Positions 1 through 11,046 of a stretch of 32,261 nt of DNA are shown one piece after another; positions within the stretch are counted from its first letter, which is position 1, and every line of letters begins with the position of its first letter. The stretch covers positions 1 through 32,261 of the forward strand of contig JAUCBJ010006055.1 of assembly GCA_032718475.1 (NCBI GenBank). Direction: 5' to 3'. The translations under genes were made by a program, and so were the position numbers. The stretch comes from Nemertoderma westbladi (lineage: Eukaryota; Animalia; Xenacoelomorpha). The notes beneath the pieces were generated by a model, which made no database searches, was not told where the DNA came from, and was given only the letters and a program-made list of their open reading frames with translations.

Positions 1-894
1 CTTAATAGGGTTTGCTATAGGAGTTTCTACTTCACTAGTAGTATAGATGCGTGTAGGCTCCACACCTTGCGCATGTGATACTTCAGACCTAACAGGTTGA
101 CACAATGTTACTGGGGGTATTGGTATACCCTTTTGTATATTGACTAATTTGTCGCGTTCTAGCGCGATGCTTTGCTGCACTTCTTGCAATTCTAACCTAC
201 TTTCCCTTACTGTTCCCTTAAGTTGGTGGACAGTCTCCTGCATCTGTCCGAGCAGGAGATTCATCCCCCGCCGTCCCTCCTCTACCCACTCGACCGCCGA
301 AGCGGGAGTCGCCAACATTGTAGCGGGCCGACGCGGGACGACGGGAGACAAATCTTTGATTTCTCTCTCAGTGTCCAGGACAGGGATATTCGCATGGACT
401 GTTCTACCGGGTACAGGCAGTGTAGTACTGTGTAGAGGGAATTTAGAGTTAAGCTCTGGAAGTACAGGGGTCTCTAGCACAGGAGTGGCTTTGGGAACGA
501 CAGGCCTAATTATTTCAGGCTCATCAACTATCGTAGGGAGTCTTTTGACCTTAATAATTTGGTCTGTGGGTTCTGTACTACCTAAGTCTGTGCTAGCTAG
601 TTGTCTTCTAACCGCTGGGGGCAAATCAGGCAATTTGTGACGGTGAGATGTTTTTCTACGCCTGCTTAGACGAGATCTATTTCCTCCGCCTTCAGGATCG
701 GTGGTCTCGCCTTCCTCCGATGATGTGTATCCTTGGCGTTTGGGAGTAGATCGACTCATCATCTGCATTTGACTAGCAGTTAACTGTTTATTTATGCAGT
801 CTTGCGTCTCTTGCAGATTTTCCAACTCCAGTTGGGTAGTCTCCTCAGACGCTCTCCGTTCTGCTTCTGCCACTGCCTTTGCCGCCTTTCTTTC
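1..894 (-). CDS. Continuation of the same ORF in the -1 frame, open to the window edge (about 298 codons, not in the ORF track)
   Basis: Manual translation: ERKAAKAVAEAERRASEETTQLELENLQETQDCINKQL...VETPIANPIK, no stop from 894 to 1; it resumes the ERKAA..AEAE repeat that the upstream frame loses. Confidence 0.7.
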
Positions 895-2150
895 GCTTCT
901 GCTTCTGCCATTGCCGCTGCCGCCTTTCTTTCCACTTCTGCTTCTGCCATTGCCGCTGCTACTGCTGCTGCCTTTCGGTCCTCTATCCGTTTTTTCTTTA
1001 CTTGTTCTTCTTGGACTCTAGCGAGGCGGAGTTTTTCATCAAATTTAGCTTGGTTTGCAGCTAACATTTCCGCATCGATTGAGTCCAACACAAGCTTGGC
1101 TCCTTCACTATTGGGGCGAAGTCCAGCCAGTCGTCTCCTCAACTCTTCATCACCTAGGAAACGTTGATAGTCTGACAGATAGATGTCTATGGCGTCTCTC
1201 GTTCGCGGTCTCTCTGCGGTCACTTCGCTTTCCACTTGAGAAAAGGTGGCATCGGTTGATTCTTCATAGGTTGGTCGCTCAGCCAGCTGGGATTTCCACT
1301 GGGCCGTTTCTTGTACTTTGAGACCTACCCGCTGGAACCAAGTCTTGACAGCAACTTGCAGCGACGTGTCCTGTCTTCTTTTGGAAGTTTCCTCAAAGGC
1401 TGATAGGATTAGTCTAATGCGTAGGGTTCTTTCGCGTACTTGATATAGCAGCTCTTCCTGCTCTTGAGGTCCTTGGGGTTGTCGAAACAGTTGTTCTTCT
1501 AATCGCTCTAAGGAGCCGAAGAATCCCTGCACATATCCTGCTGCTGACCTCTTCCAAACAGCTGGATCCATCGTATCTTTAGTCACTCCCATCCTGTGTA
1601 TGTCTTCCCAAGTAGCTTCGGACAAATCTAACGGGAGTCCGGGTCCGGGAAAGTTCCATTGTGACTCGACAATAGACATCAATTCTTCCCTGGCGTATCC
1701 CGCATAACTATCTTGGGTCGCTCGCTTACTTCTCGCCCAATCGACTTGGTGTTCCTCCACCGCAATCAATATAGTAGTTAGTACTGCGGCAGGAAGGGTG
1801 AGAAGGGGATCCGAATAGGCTGTAGCCGCCATCTTCACTCCGCGTTCGGGGGTCAGCTCTACAGTATCCGAACTACTGGAGCTATCGGGTCGCTGGGAAC
1901 GAGTTTCTTGACTAGGATGTTGCTGCTGTTGGACAGCTGCTTCTTGGTTCCGTTTGACCTGGGCCCGAGTGCCGATGATAGACCTACGGTGTTGGATTAG
2001 CCTAGGGTCTGATACTACTACTGGAGGGATGACTTTTCTTTCAGTAGGAGGTGAGCTGAACCCCTTTCTTAATCGCTCCACACTCCTATCTGTGTCACAG
2101 ATGGTTGTATCGATTAGACTGTCTGACAGGTTTTGCTTTGTGTCAGACAT
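792..2150 (-). CDS. N-terminal part of a large, low-complexity/coiled-coil ORF, putative gag-like protein of an LTR retroelement
   Basis: 452-aa intronless ORF ending in an Ala/Glu-rich helical repeat (RKAAAVAAAMAEAEVERKAAAAMAEAEA); reading frame shifts at about 893 and continues; lies downstream of a candidate LTR/PBS (5101-6506). No diagnostic gag motif is visible inside the window. Confidence 0.5.
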   Translation of the reverse strand: MSDTKQNLSDSLIDTTICDTDRSVERLRKGFSSPPTERKVIPPVVVSDPRLIQHRRSIIGTRAQVKRNQEAAVQQQQHPSQETRSQRPDSSSSSDTVELTPERGVKMAATAYSDPLLTLPAAVLTTILIAVEEHQVDWARSKRATQDSYAGYAREELMSIVESQWNFPGPGLPLDLSEATWEDIHRMGVTKDTMDPAVWKRSAAGYVQGFFGSLERLEEQLFRQPQGPQEQEELLYQVRERTLRIRLILSAFEETSKRRQDTSLQVAVKTWFQRVGLKVQETAQWKSQLAERPTYEESTDATFSQVESEVTAERPRTRDAIDIYLSDYQRFLGDEELRRRLAGLRPNSEGAKLVLDSIDAEMLAANQAKFDEKLRLARVQEEQVKKKRIEDRKAAAVAAAMAEAEVERKAAAAMAEAEAKERRQRQWQKQNGERLRRLPNWSWKICKRRKTA

Positions 2151-2230
2151 ACTTAGCTATACAGTTGAATGCTTACTGCTATAGTTACAGTTAAAGCAAG
2201 TCTAGTAATTCAGTATGACCGTTGGCCTAG

Positions 2231-2505
2231 TACCGGTAATTAATTACAATATATTAGAATACCGGTATACACTTATAGTATATATAAGTATGGTAGACTA
2301 GGTTTGTCACAGAATACCGGTATATAATTTTAGCACAAATATATATAAATATATAATAGGCCTATCGTGAATACCGGTATGCAGCTTACACTTATAGTAT
2401 ATATAAGTATAATTATGAACTAGAATTAATTACAGAATACCAGTATGATTTCAGCCCAAATTTATAGAAATAAATATAATAAGCCTATGGTAAATACCGG
2501 TATGT
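2231..2505. repeat. Degenerate tandem duplication (about 120 bp, about 2 copies) punctuated by AATACCGGTAT motifs
   Basis: ACACTTATAGTATATATAAGTAT and AAATATAATA(G/A)GCCTAT each occur twice; AATACC(G/A)GTAT recurs about every 55-65 bp. Confidence 0.75.
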
Positions 2506-3919
2506 CAATTATTTTAGAATAATTGAATTTCTGAAATTTTAGGGTTACTTGGTTACTTTAACTTACTTTATTACCGTTATTTAAGCAGTAGTCCAACTGA
2601 TATTGAGACCTAGTTGTTGTATGGCAGGCCTACTATTTATAAATCATTTGAGTTGATTTATAATAGATATATATATGTATATACCCGTATGAGGGGTTTT
2701 GTTACAATATTGAAATAGATGTTACTATTTCTGGGAAATAATCACTACACAGAAGCTGTGCGCTCTCAGTGAAGTGCTACTTATTGGACACTAAAACAGA
2801 TAATTCTACTTCCTAAGTTACTTATCTACGAATTACTTACGATACGGGTGAGATTAATTCTCTAACTAAACACAACAAAAATATTACGTACGAAATTTTA
2901 GGGTAATTTTACAGGAAGTCTACAAACCAGTCTAACAAAGGGTTAGAACTTCTGGTTATTACAACGGACAGGGTACTACGGTATTTGAAAATAATAAGTA
3001 GTAGTAAATATGTTGCGCTGTCCAGATAGGAAAAATACCACCGTCTGACGACCTATAGCCGTATCGCTATAGGTACTACGTTATGTATCACGGAGTGTTC
3101 CTACCTGGAAGTTAATTACCGCGGACTACCAGATCCAACGTGCCTATTAACCACTTTACAACACAATACACTGCCTACACACTAATTACTTTCGGAAAGC
3201 ACTGTACACCAAACCCTAAATTAGGTACAAGTACTTATTAAAAACAGATAACTAGCAGTTAAATATACTTGAACAGTTAAAAGAACCACGGCATCTGCTG
3301 GAGTGACCGGAGCACAAAGTCACCAGTCTTTACCTATGCCAAGCAGCCCGTGTAGTACCGGGGTTAATTTAACTATAACGGTATGTGTAACAAGCACAAT
3401 TACTGTAGGAATAAACTTGGGGACATGAATGTTGCGAATAATCACATAAACTCTGAATAATAAATATTACGCTACCCGTACAGAATACTCAAACAAAATA
3501 CAAACCAAACGCTGGCAGACTACCATCAAGCCTAAATAAACTACAGTATGTGCAGATTCCGAAATGGTTAGTTAGTATGCGTTCTAACACGGTAGTACGA
3601 CTTATTCTTTAGGAGGGGGTTGACCTTACAACTCAAGATGCCCCAACTTACTAACTGGCACTTTATCGGACAGACTCTACACACGCCGCAATCTCTCCAG
3701 ACCCAACAACAGTCAGACAACAGTCCAGCCTACAATTATCTGAACAATCTGAGCAGACTTACACGTCTTCAGCTCAATATTAACTTACATGTAAATAAAA
3801 CCGACAGAAATAAGTAAAATCTCAATAAGAAACCAGGGCGGCCGTTCCCTGATTAAGTACTAAGACCTACCGGTATACAATAATCAAAATCGAATAATAC
3901 TAATGTACTTATACTGGAA

Positions 3920-4043
3920 GTACCGGTTAGGACAGTTGGGCCTACAGACCTACAGCAGTACCGGTTCTGGCAGTTAGGCCTACGGACCTACAGCAGTACC
4001 GGTTCTGGCAGTTGGGCCTACGGACCTACAGCAGTACCGGTTC
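3920..4043. repeat. 38-bp tandem repeat, about 3.3 copies
   Basis: Unit GTACCGGTTCTGGCAGTTGGGCCTACGGACCTACAGCA at 3920, 3958, 3996, partial at 4034; followed by perfect 16-bp palindrome TACCGGTCGACCGGTA (4049-4064). Confidence 0.9.
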
Positions 4044-5304
4044 AGGTTTACCGGTCGACCGGTACTTTCAACTTTATTGCTTACTGCAATAAAGAAAATA
4101 ACTGTTATTGTACGCGCTTTTGAAGACCTTTAGCAGTTTAACCTGCCAAAATTTATATGTCTTTTGGTTTATAAATAGACTTTAACATATGACAAGTATT
4201 TAATACCAATAAACACAACATTAGCCGAAGCCAGCCTAGTGCGCGTCCATTCACCCGCTGGATATACCCGGGAGACTGGATTCGGAGGGCTTAGATTTTA
4301 TTGCAGTGTAAGCTTACTGTATTATTCGATTGATCGTTAATAAATAATTTCTGACCAATATTATTCACTTTCGGGAAATATTAACAGTTCCTTTAGGACG
4401 TGGCGCTCTATCTAGGTAAACAGAGATATGACTTATACTAAACACAACGGTAAGACGGTAAGGCTTATGTTCACGTATGAGGCGCATTCTTTAGGAAATG
4501 CTTAGTTATCAGCCACAATCATGCACACTACCGGTACCGCACAATACTGCACACTAATCTGCCGACCGTCAATGAATTTTATCATACATAAAGAGAACAG
4601 CAATTGACTCATGTAGTGCCTATCAAATAGCATTAAATTCACTACAAACCACGATAATATAAGTCGCAATCGCTATATGTAACCTGTCTCTCTAACCTGT
4701 AGTGTATCAAGAAAATTGGGAAATTTGGGTTATTTATCGATGTTCTCCAAATAATAATATTCAACCAACTGATACAAATAATAACAACAGTAAAAAGCAT
4801 TAAGACGGTAGGTTAAGATATGATATGATTGGTACTGTAAGACTGTACCGCTGCGCTACTGCGCTGATAACAGTTATACGCTCTATAATCTAAGCCTACT
4901 AATGTTTCTTCTAAAGTCTGAAACAAATTGACTCCAGAGCCGGTGTTCTTGGCCTAGATAGAAACAACACAACAGTAACACAGAAAACTCTAAGACTGAA
5001 CACTCCTAGCACGATCTGTAGAATATCTCCACATCGACAGTAAAAATCGCCCTGATTGGCTGTTAAGCTGAACAAAGAACCATGTGTCCAACGGCCGTTT
5101 CCATGCCAGCAACCAGCTGTTAGATGTCGTAATCTGAATCATCAAGGCTACACTGTGCTAGAGGATTTGACGCATTGCGGGTTTTGTGCCTTGCCATGTC
5201 CGCCAAAGCACACATATAGAAGAATGACTTTTATGTCCGTTAAAACACCTACAACGGTACTTTGCGGGCAAGGGGAATGATTATATCCGCAAAAGCTTTT
5301 ACAC

Positions 5305-6408
5305 CCGGACACTTGCCCCCCGGACACTTCCCCCCCAGTTAAAGTGTTAAAATTAATCTGGGTGCATCAAAGCAATAAACAAAAGTTAAAGATGGTTACA
5401 GGACAAGTTGTATCTAGACAAGTTTTTTCAAAATTATAAAAGAAACATTTTTATAGTCAAATTTTTGTTTGTTTTTCTTTTAATTCCTTTAATTCTTTTA
5501 ATTTCTTTTAATTGGGGGCTGCCGCCCCCAAACCCCCGCTTTTTTTGTTGGGGGCTGCCGCCCCCAAACCCCCGCTTCTTTTCTTGGGGGTTATCGCCCC
5601 CAGACCCCGGCATTTCCCTGAGTGCCCGTGGTGAAAGACTTAAGACCACTCTGAAATAATTAATTCATGTTTGTATCATCAGATAATAAATTGACTAAGC
5701 CTAAAGTAGGAGCTGTATTGAATGTTAACCAATTTAATATATAAATTTCTACAATATTATATAATTCAACAAAATCCCATTAAAAATATTGCAAGTAACC
5801 AGGAAATTTAATATGTAGTGTGTATAATATCTATATAGTATGAAGGGTAGTAATATGTATATCAATATGTAATGCTGAACACAGAATACAGGTCGACGCA
5901 TGTCGATTTTACCCTGGGGTATAATTTTGATTGCAACAATAATATTCATCCCCATCTGCTACAATTTGAAGAAGACTATTACATAATAATACCTATAATT
6001 AAAACAATTAATTATTATAATTCTATAGTTAATAAAAACAGTATATTCCGGGGATGGAATTTATAGGTCATCTAATATAATTAATTGTTTAAAGATTAGC
6101 AAACAATACGATGTAATTGCATTGATAAAACCCATAAATAAAACTTAGATATAAAATGTAAAATCGGGATGCAAAAGATCACTTTCTGAGCTACGAAAGG
6201 AAAATTGGATACAACTTATCTGGATACAAGCGGTCAGTTTACCTTACAAAATGAAAAATACGAATGTGCGAAGTTAAGAACAGTCGGGGGGGAAGTGTCC
6301 GCGGGGGGGAAGTGTCTGGGGGGGAAGTGTCCGGGGGGGAAGTGTCCTACTTGAGCGGGGGGGAACTGTCCGGGGGGGAAGTGTCCGGGGGGGAAGTGTC
6401 CGAACACC
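5305..6408. mobile_element. Non-autonomous DNA transposon with modular terminal inverted repeats (Mutator/foldback-like), left tip missing
   Basis: CGGACACTT(G/C)CCCCCC x2 at 5306-5336 inverted against about 7 copies of GGGGGGGAAGTGTCC at 6286-6401, ending CGAACACC at 6408; AT-rich non-coding interior; no TSD found because the left terminus lacks GGTGTT. Confidence 0.7.
5512..5610. repeat. Three 36-bp GC-rich hairpin repeats
   Basis: TTGGGGGC-TGCC-GCCCCCAA-ACCCCCG at 5512 and 5548, diverged third copy at 5584. Confidence 0.85.
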
Positions 6409-6778
6409 TCAGATATTTCTGGGAGGTTAACCTCGCCTTCGACTCACCACGACTCAGTCAAGCCCCGCCTTTAACACGGGCAGACCAACCCCTTCAATCC
6501 TCTACATATGTTGCCCTCGCACACCTTCTTTAATATCATCTAAAAAGTACAATATTTTATAAATGAGATTTATTATTATTCATTATTTATTTTCATTTAT
6601 GTATATATTGCTTTGTGTTTAGGAAAGTCATTCTTTTTTTGTAATAAAAGCACTTCTGCTTAATTTGGTTATAAAAATATATGTAGTAGCAATTTACAAA
6701 CTTATCTACAAAAATAATAATAATAATTAATCCTCATTTACAAATAAGAAATTATATTAACAACAACACAAACCCCGG

Positions 6779-7046
6779 TTAAACCAAGTATGGGAATTTC
6801 CAGACAGAATCCCGCCAGTTCTGCCGACTTGGCATCTCCTGCAACGTAGAGGAACGTGGAGGGTAGATCGGGGGTGCCCTTAGATGGACCGGACTAAGCC
6901 GGGATACTATCGCGGGGAGGTGAGTTGTCTCCCCCCTACGGTACCCCGCCTCGAGAATCCCAATAAAAGTACCCACGCCGATCCCGTTCTCGAAGAACCT
7001 CTCTGAATCGGCGTGGATCGGGAATAGCATACTAAAAGACATATCG
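6779..7046 (-). other. Possible terminal exon (or decayed coding fragment) of an unidentified gene
   Basis: GC-rich island in AT-rich DNA; acceptor-like ATTTTTAG immediately upstream (AG at 7048-7047), 88 open codons to a TAA, AT-rich tail with AATAAA at about 6570-6590. Protein not recognised. Confidence 0.3.
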
Positions 7047-7575
7047 CTAAAAATAATTAAAATATAATAGTAGCCTATAGTGTAGTTAGTGTAACTTTAA
7101 CTATGTCAATCTTCCCGATCACAAATTTCGTTTATTGTAAAAAAAATTATTTGAGACAGCAGGTAACCAACATTTGTATTTTTTTTTAATAGGATTTAGT
7201 TTGAACAACACCAAATTAGTAACTTATTAATAATTTAATCAATCACATAATTTCAATTGATGATTGTTTTTTAATTCATGTTATTTTGGGTAGTAGTGTC
7301 ACAAACTGTCAAGCATTTAGCTGAATGAAATCTTTAAGGCCTAGTTTCTCATTGGATAATTGAATATGGCGTGATTGTTGCGTTTATAATTCATTTTTTT
7401 CGCATGTTTACGCAAATATCCATTTTATGCGAATCTTACATATAAAATACCCATTAAATCTACAACTGCGTATTTATTTACGCATTTTGTACGCATGTTT
7501 TAGTTTAATAAACGCGGCAAATTCGCATTCCGCATAAAAAACACAGCCGTCCCGCATGCGGTTGTCATACTGGGA

Positions 7576-8091
7576 AATGTTGGCAGATACTTTGCACTCG
7601 GACACAAATTTTGGTAGATGCTTTGAACACGGGACCCAAAGGATGCCAGATACTTTGCACACGGCAGCAAATGTTGGCAGATACTTTGCACACGGACCCA
7701 AACGATGTCAGAAACTTTGTACACGGACCCAAAAGATGCCAGATACTTCGCACACGGATCCAAATGTTGGCAGATACTTTGCACACGGACCCAAACGATG
7801 TCAGATATTTTGTACACGGACCCAAACGATGTCAGATACTTTGTACACGGACCCAAAAGATGTCAGATACTTCGCACACGGACCCAAACGATGTCAGATA
7901 CTTTACACACGGACCCAAAGGATGTCAGATACTTTACACACGGACCCAAACGATGTCAGATACTTTGCACATGGACCCAAACGATGTCAGATACTTTATA
8001 CACGGACCCAAAGGATGTCAGATACTTTGCACACGGACCCAAACGATGTCAGATACTTTACACACGGACCCAAAGGATGTCATATACTTTG
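7576..8091 (+). repeat. 31-bp satellite array, left arm (about 16 copies)
   Basis: Unit GATGTCAGATACTTTGCACACGGACCCAAA(C/G); period 31 (e.g. TCAGAT at 7801, 7832, 7863). Confidence 0.95.
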
Positions 8092-8092
8092 T

Positions 8093-8760
8093 TGTGTTCA
8101 AGGTATCTACCATCATTTGGGTCCATGTGCAAAGTATCTGAAATCCTTTGGGCCCGTGTGTCGAGTATCTGACATCCTTTGGGTCCGTGTGCAAAGTATC
8201 TAACATCCTTTGGGTCCGTGTGCGAATAATCTGACATCCTTTGGGTCCGTGTTCAAAGTATCTGAGATTCTTTGGGTCCGTGTTCTGAGTATCTGACATC
8301 CTTTGGGTCCGTGTTCAAGGTATCTACCATCCTTTTGGTCCATGTGCAAAGTATCTGAGATCCTTTGGGTCCGTGTGTCGAGTATCTGACATCCTTTGGG
8401 TCCGTGTTCAAAGTATCTGAGATCCTTTGGGTCCGTGTTCAAAGTATCTGAGATCCTTTGGGTCCGGGTCAAAGTATCTGGCATCATTTGGATCCGTGTT
8501 CAAAGTACCTGACATCCGTTGGGGCCGTGTGCAAAGTATCTAGACATCCTTTGGGTCCGTGTGCAAAGTATTCTGACATCCTTTGGGTCCGTGTGCAAAG
8601 TATCTGACATCCTTTGGGTCCGTGCTTCAAAGTATCTGAGATTTCATTTGGGTCCGTGTTCAACAGTCCATGTCTGACATCCTTTGGGTCCGTGTTCAAA
8701 GTATCTGACCATCCTTTGGGTCCGTGTTCAACGTACAGTATCTGACATGTTCGGGACCAT
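8093..8760 (-). repeat. Same 31-bp satellite in inverted orientation, right arm (about 21 copies)
   Basis: Unit TGTGCAAAGTATCTGACATCCTTTGGGTCCG, the reverse complement of the left arm; indel-rich beyond about 8540. Confidence 0.95.
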
Positions 8761-9423
8761 TTTATTACCTTCATTTAACGTTAGTAGGAGAATAGAGTAG
8801 ATGGTATACAAAGTAACCAATAAGAAATCACCTTGGAAAAGTTAGTCAGAATCAATCAGCTGATCCAAATTTATCCAAAAAATGTAGTTTTGGCTCTTTG
8901 TGGCTCAGTGCTTTCCTTATATTTGCATAATTTTTCGCAGAATTAACTTTGATAGCATTAATTTAACTCCGTGCAACATCTCCTGTGTCGGAGTGGGTTG
9001 GCGCCTCATTGCTTCCTAGTGTAATGGTAATTTTTTGGGTCCGTGTGGGTCTTTGTGCATTTTAGCACTGCCCCTAGTCATTTAATTCAGACATATACCG
9101 GACCACCAGTGACAGTAGGCCTACACAATACGTTGTACCTACAGGACAGACCAGACCTACTTATACTTATTCATTGGCAATATACAAAATAGACGGTGGA
9201 TTGATTGGTTAGTAGCCTACTGTTTGAATTGAGCGGCAGGCCCATTGATACATTATTTTGGGCAGATAGGCCATGCCTACTACTAACAGGACATCAAGCA
9301 GGAAGTATACCACTAATTACCAAGTCACTACGACAACGACTACTACAGTATGACATAGCAATAATCATTTCGGAGAGATTTTAATAATAATAAAATAGTA
9401 ATTTTAAATTAATTAGATAGTAA

Positions 9424-9647
9424 TAATAATTATTATTATTATTTATATACCGCTTTTTATTATTATTACCCCAGCAAAGCCAGGTTCCCATTATACCGCT
9501 AGGTTGGCGTAGACACTAATGTCCAAAGTGTCTTGCAGTCTTACACAACAGTGCGAAATTTATACAGCATTTAGTCGGATTCGAACCTGCGTCACCAAAC
9601 ACTATTGTGAAAGCAGTCAGACGCTGTATCCACTCGGACACTGCGAC
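9424..9647 (-). mobile_element. tRNA-derived SINE
   Basis: - strand: A box GTGTCCGAGTGG near 9642-9631, B box GGTTCGAATCC (9587-9577), CORE-like central segment GCAAGACACTTT...GGTATAATGGGAACC, tail AAGCGGTATATAAAT(AAT)n. Confidence 0.85.
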
Positions 9648-10339
9648 AATTACAATGTACAAAACAAAGACCCAACACCAAACAAAACAAAGAGGTACAG
9701 TAAAGTCGGGTTAGGTCCCGTTGCTATTTATAGGAGCAGGTTACAAGTAATGGAGCAGGTTACAGAGGCGTGTTGGGGGAACCGCAAAACAATAAATGAA
9801 AGAACACTTGTTTCAAGATTATGCAGGTTACTTAACTGGATCATTGTTTTGTACTCACCCGGTATTTTAGGCCAAATGGGATTATTTTGAGAAGGCAGCC
9901 CAGCACTGCCCACAACACAATATTTGCGGGTGTTCTTGTCCTATCCCAAGAACGTTCCTAAGGCAACACTGTTAGACAACCAAAACGAATATCCGAATCG
10001 TTAAATTTTAAATATTGATCCTTCGAATATTTGTAATATTATATAATAGGCCTATACATTATATCATAGTCATACAGTAGTAGATAGTACTGTACTGTAG
10101 CGTCCACCGTTCAAATTGTGTACAATATGACTGCAGTTTATTTCTGCTGAAAGTGTTAACTTTGTATGAGACATTTGAAATTATGTTAAATTTACATAGT
10201 CAGCATTGAGCATTTTTTTTTCTAGAACACTATTTATCTTAATCGGTTTTACCAGCGGACTGTTAAATGAAAGGTGAAGGAATGTCGATGAGACAGCTTT
10301 AGCATTTGCAGTAATTAGATTTAATATCATGTTCGATAC

Positions 10340-10586
10340 TTGCGCCGGTGGGTATTACTACAATACCTCAATCACTCACCGTTTACAACTAAAGATCGCG
10401 ATAACAATTTTAATTCCGAAAAGAACTGCGCTGACGACCGCAAAGGGGCTGGTGGTATCGGTATCGTGTGGCTGGTCCAATCTAAACGGCGTCTACGGTG
10501 GAGAGGGTCGGGTGGGAGCTCATTGGCGAACATTCACAGACAGATACGTGCCGATGGATAGAATAGAAAAGAAGATCAGAGTTTAG
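10340..10586 (+). pseudogene. Frameshifted C-terminal fragment of a fibrinogen-related domain (FReD; ficolin/tenascin/angiopoietin-like family)
   Basis: Three frames stitch into the FReD tail: LQYLNHSPFTTKDRDNNFNSEKNCADDRKG / WWYR / SCGWSNLNGVY...GAHWRTFTDRYVPMDRIEKKIRV*, matching F(S/T)TxDRDND..NCA..GGWWY..C..SNLNGxY..W...(M)KIR; at least two frameshifts at 10445-10466. Confidence 0.85.
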
Positions 10587-10822
10587 TGAACTTACTATTG
10601 CTAACAGATTAACTACTGTAGTTATGATGTAATGTACTTCAGTATCAGTATAGTTGTAGGTAGAACAGGATGTGGCCTATTTTATGTGGTACTTTATACA
10701 ACAGGGATAATTCTTTATATGTATGGAATTTCAAAAATTGTCCCGCTAATATTTATAAATTATGGGGATTTCATTCACTTTGAGTGCTATAAAACCAGAA
10801 AATAGGTTGTGTTTATGTACTG

Positions 10823-11046
10823 TATGTATGTTTTAATATGTGTCAACAAAATTCAATCGTCACGCATATATGCGTCACTATGTCAACCTACAAATGGCAG
10901 TTTACCAAAATGAGTCAGTGACGCAAATATGCGCCATTCCAGCTGGTGCATTCCAGAAATGCATGTTTTGTTTTATGCTATGTATGTTTTAATATGTGTC
11001 AAAAAAATTCAATCGTGACGCATATATGCGTCACTATGTCAACCTA
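10823..11046. repeat. 156-bp tandem duplication; second copy split by the LINE
   Basis: 10823-10890 matches 10979-11046 (2 mismatches); 10893-10963 is identical to 15482-15552; contains the 20-bp perfect palindrome GTGACGCATATATGCGTCAC (11016-11035). Confidence 0.9.

Larger units (their letters stand above)
5118..6506 (-). mobile_element. Candidate 5' LTR (TG...CA) interrupted by a DNA transposon remnant; PBS-like TGG motif follows
   Basis: On the - strand starts TGTAGA (6506) and ends TCTAACA (5118), an imperfect terminal inverted repeat; 2 nt later TGGTTGCTGGCATGG (5115-5101); correct orientation upstream of the gag-like ORF. The second LTR is not in the window and I cannot match the PBS to a tRNA. 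Confidence 0.4.

Noticed and set aside
3045-3080. CTGACGA followed by a hairpin, possible hammerhead ribozyme
   Set aside because: The stem is followed by TACT, not the required GAAA; CTGATGA at about 29251 likewise lacks stem II plus GAAA.
7474-8774. Multiple overlapping ORFs and CRISPR-like periodicity
   Set aside because: 31-bp tandem units with no unique spacers and no cas genes; ORFs are translations of the satellite.
9577-9647. Possible tRNA gene (also 29279-29342)
   Set aside because: A and B boxes present but no cloverleaf or acceptor stem; followed by SINE body sequence.
9655-9978. Possible solo-LTR fragment (TATAAATA on - strand, TG/CA ends)
   Set aside because: No TSD or convincing terminal inverted repeat; cannot be supported without copy searches.
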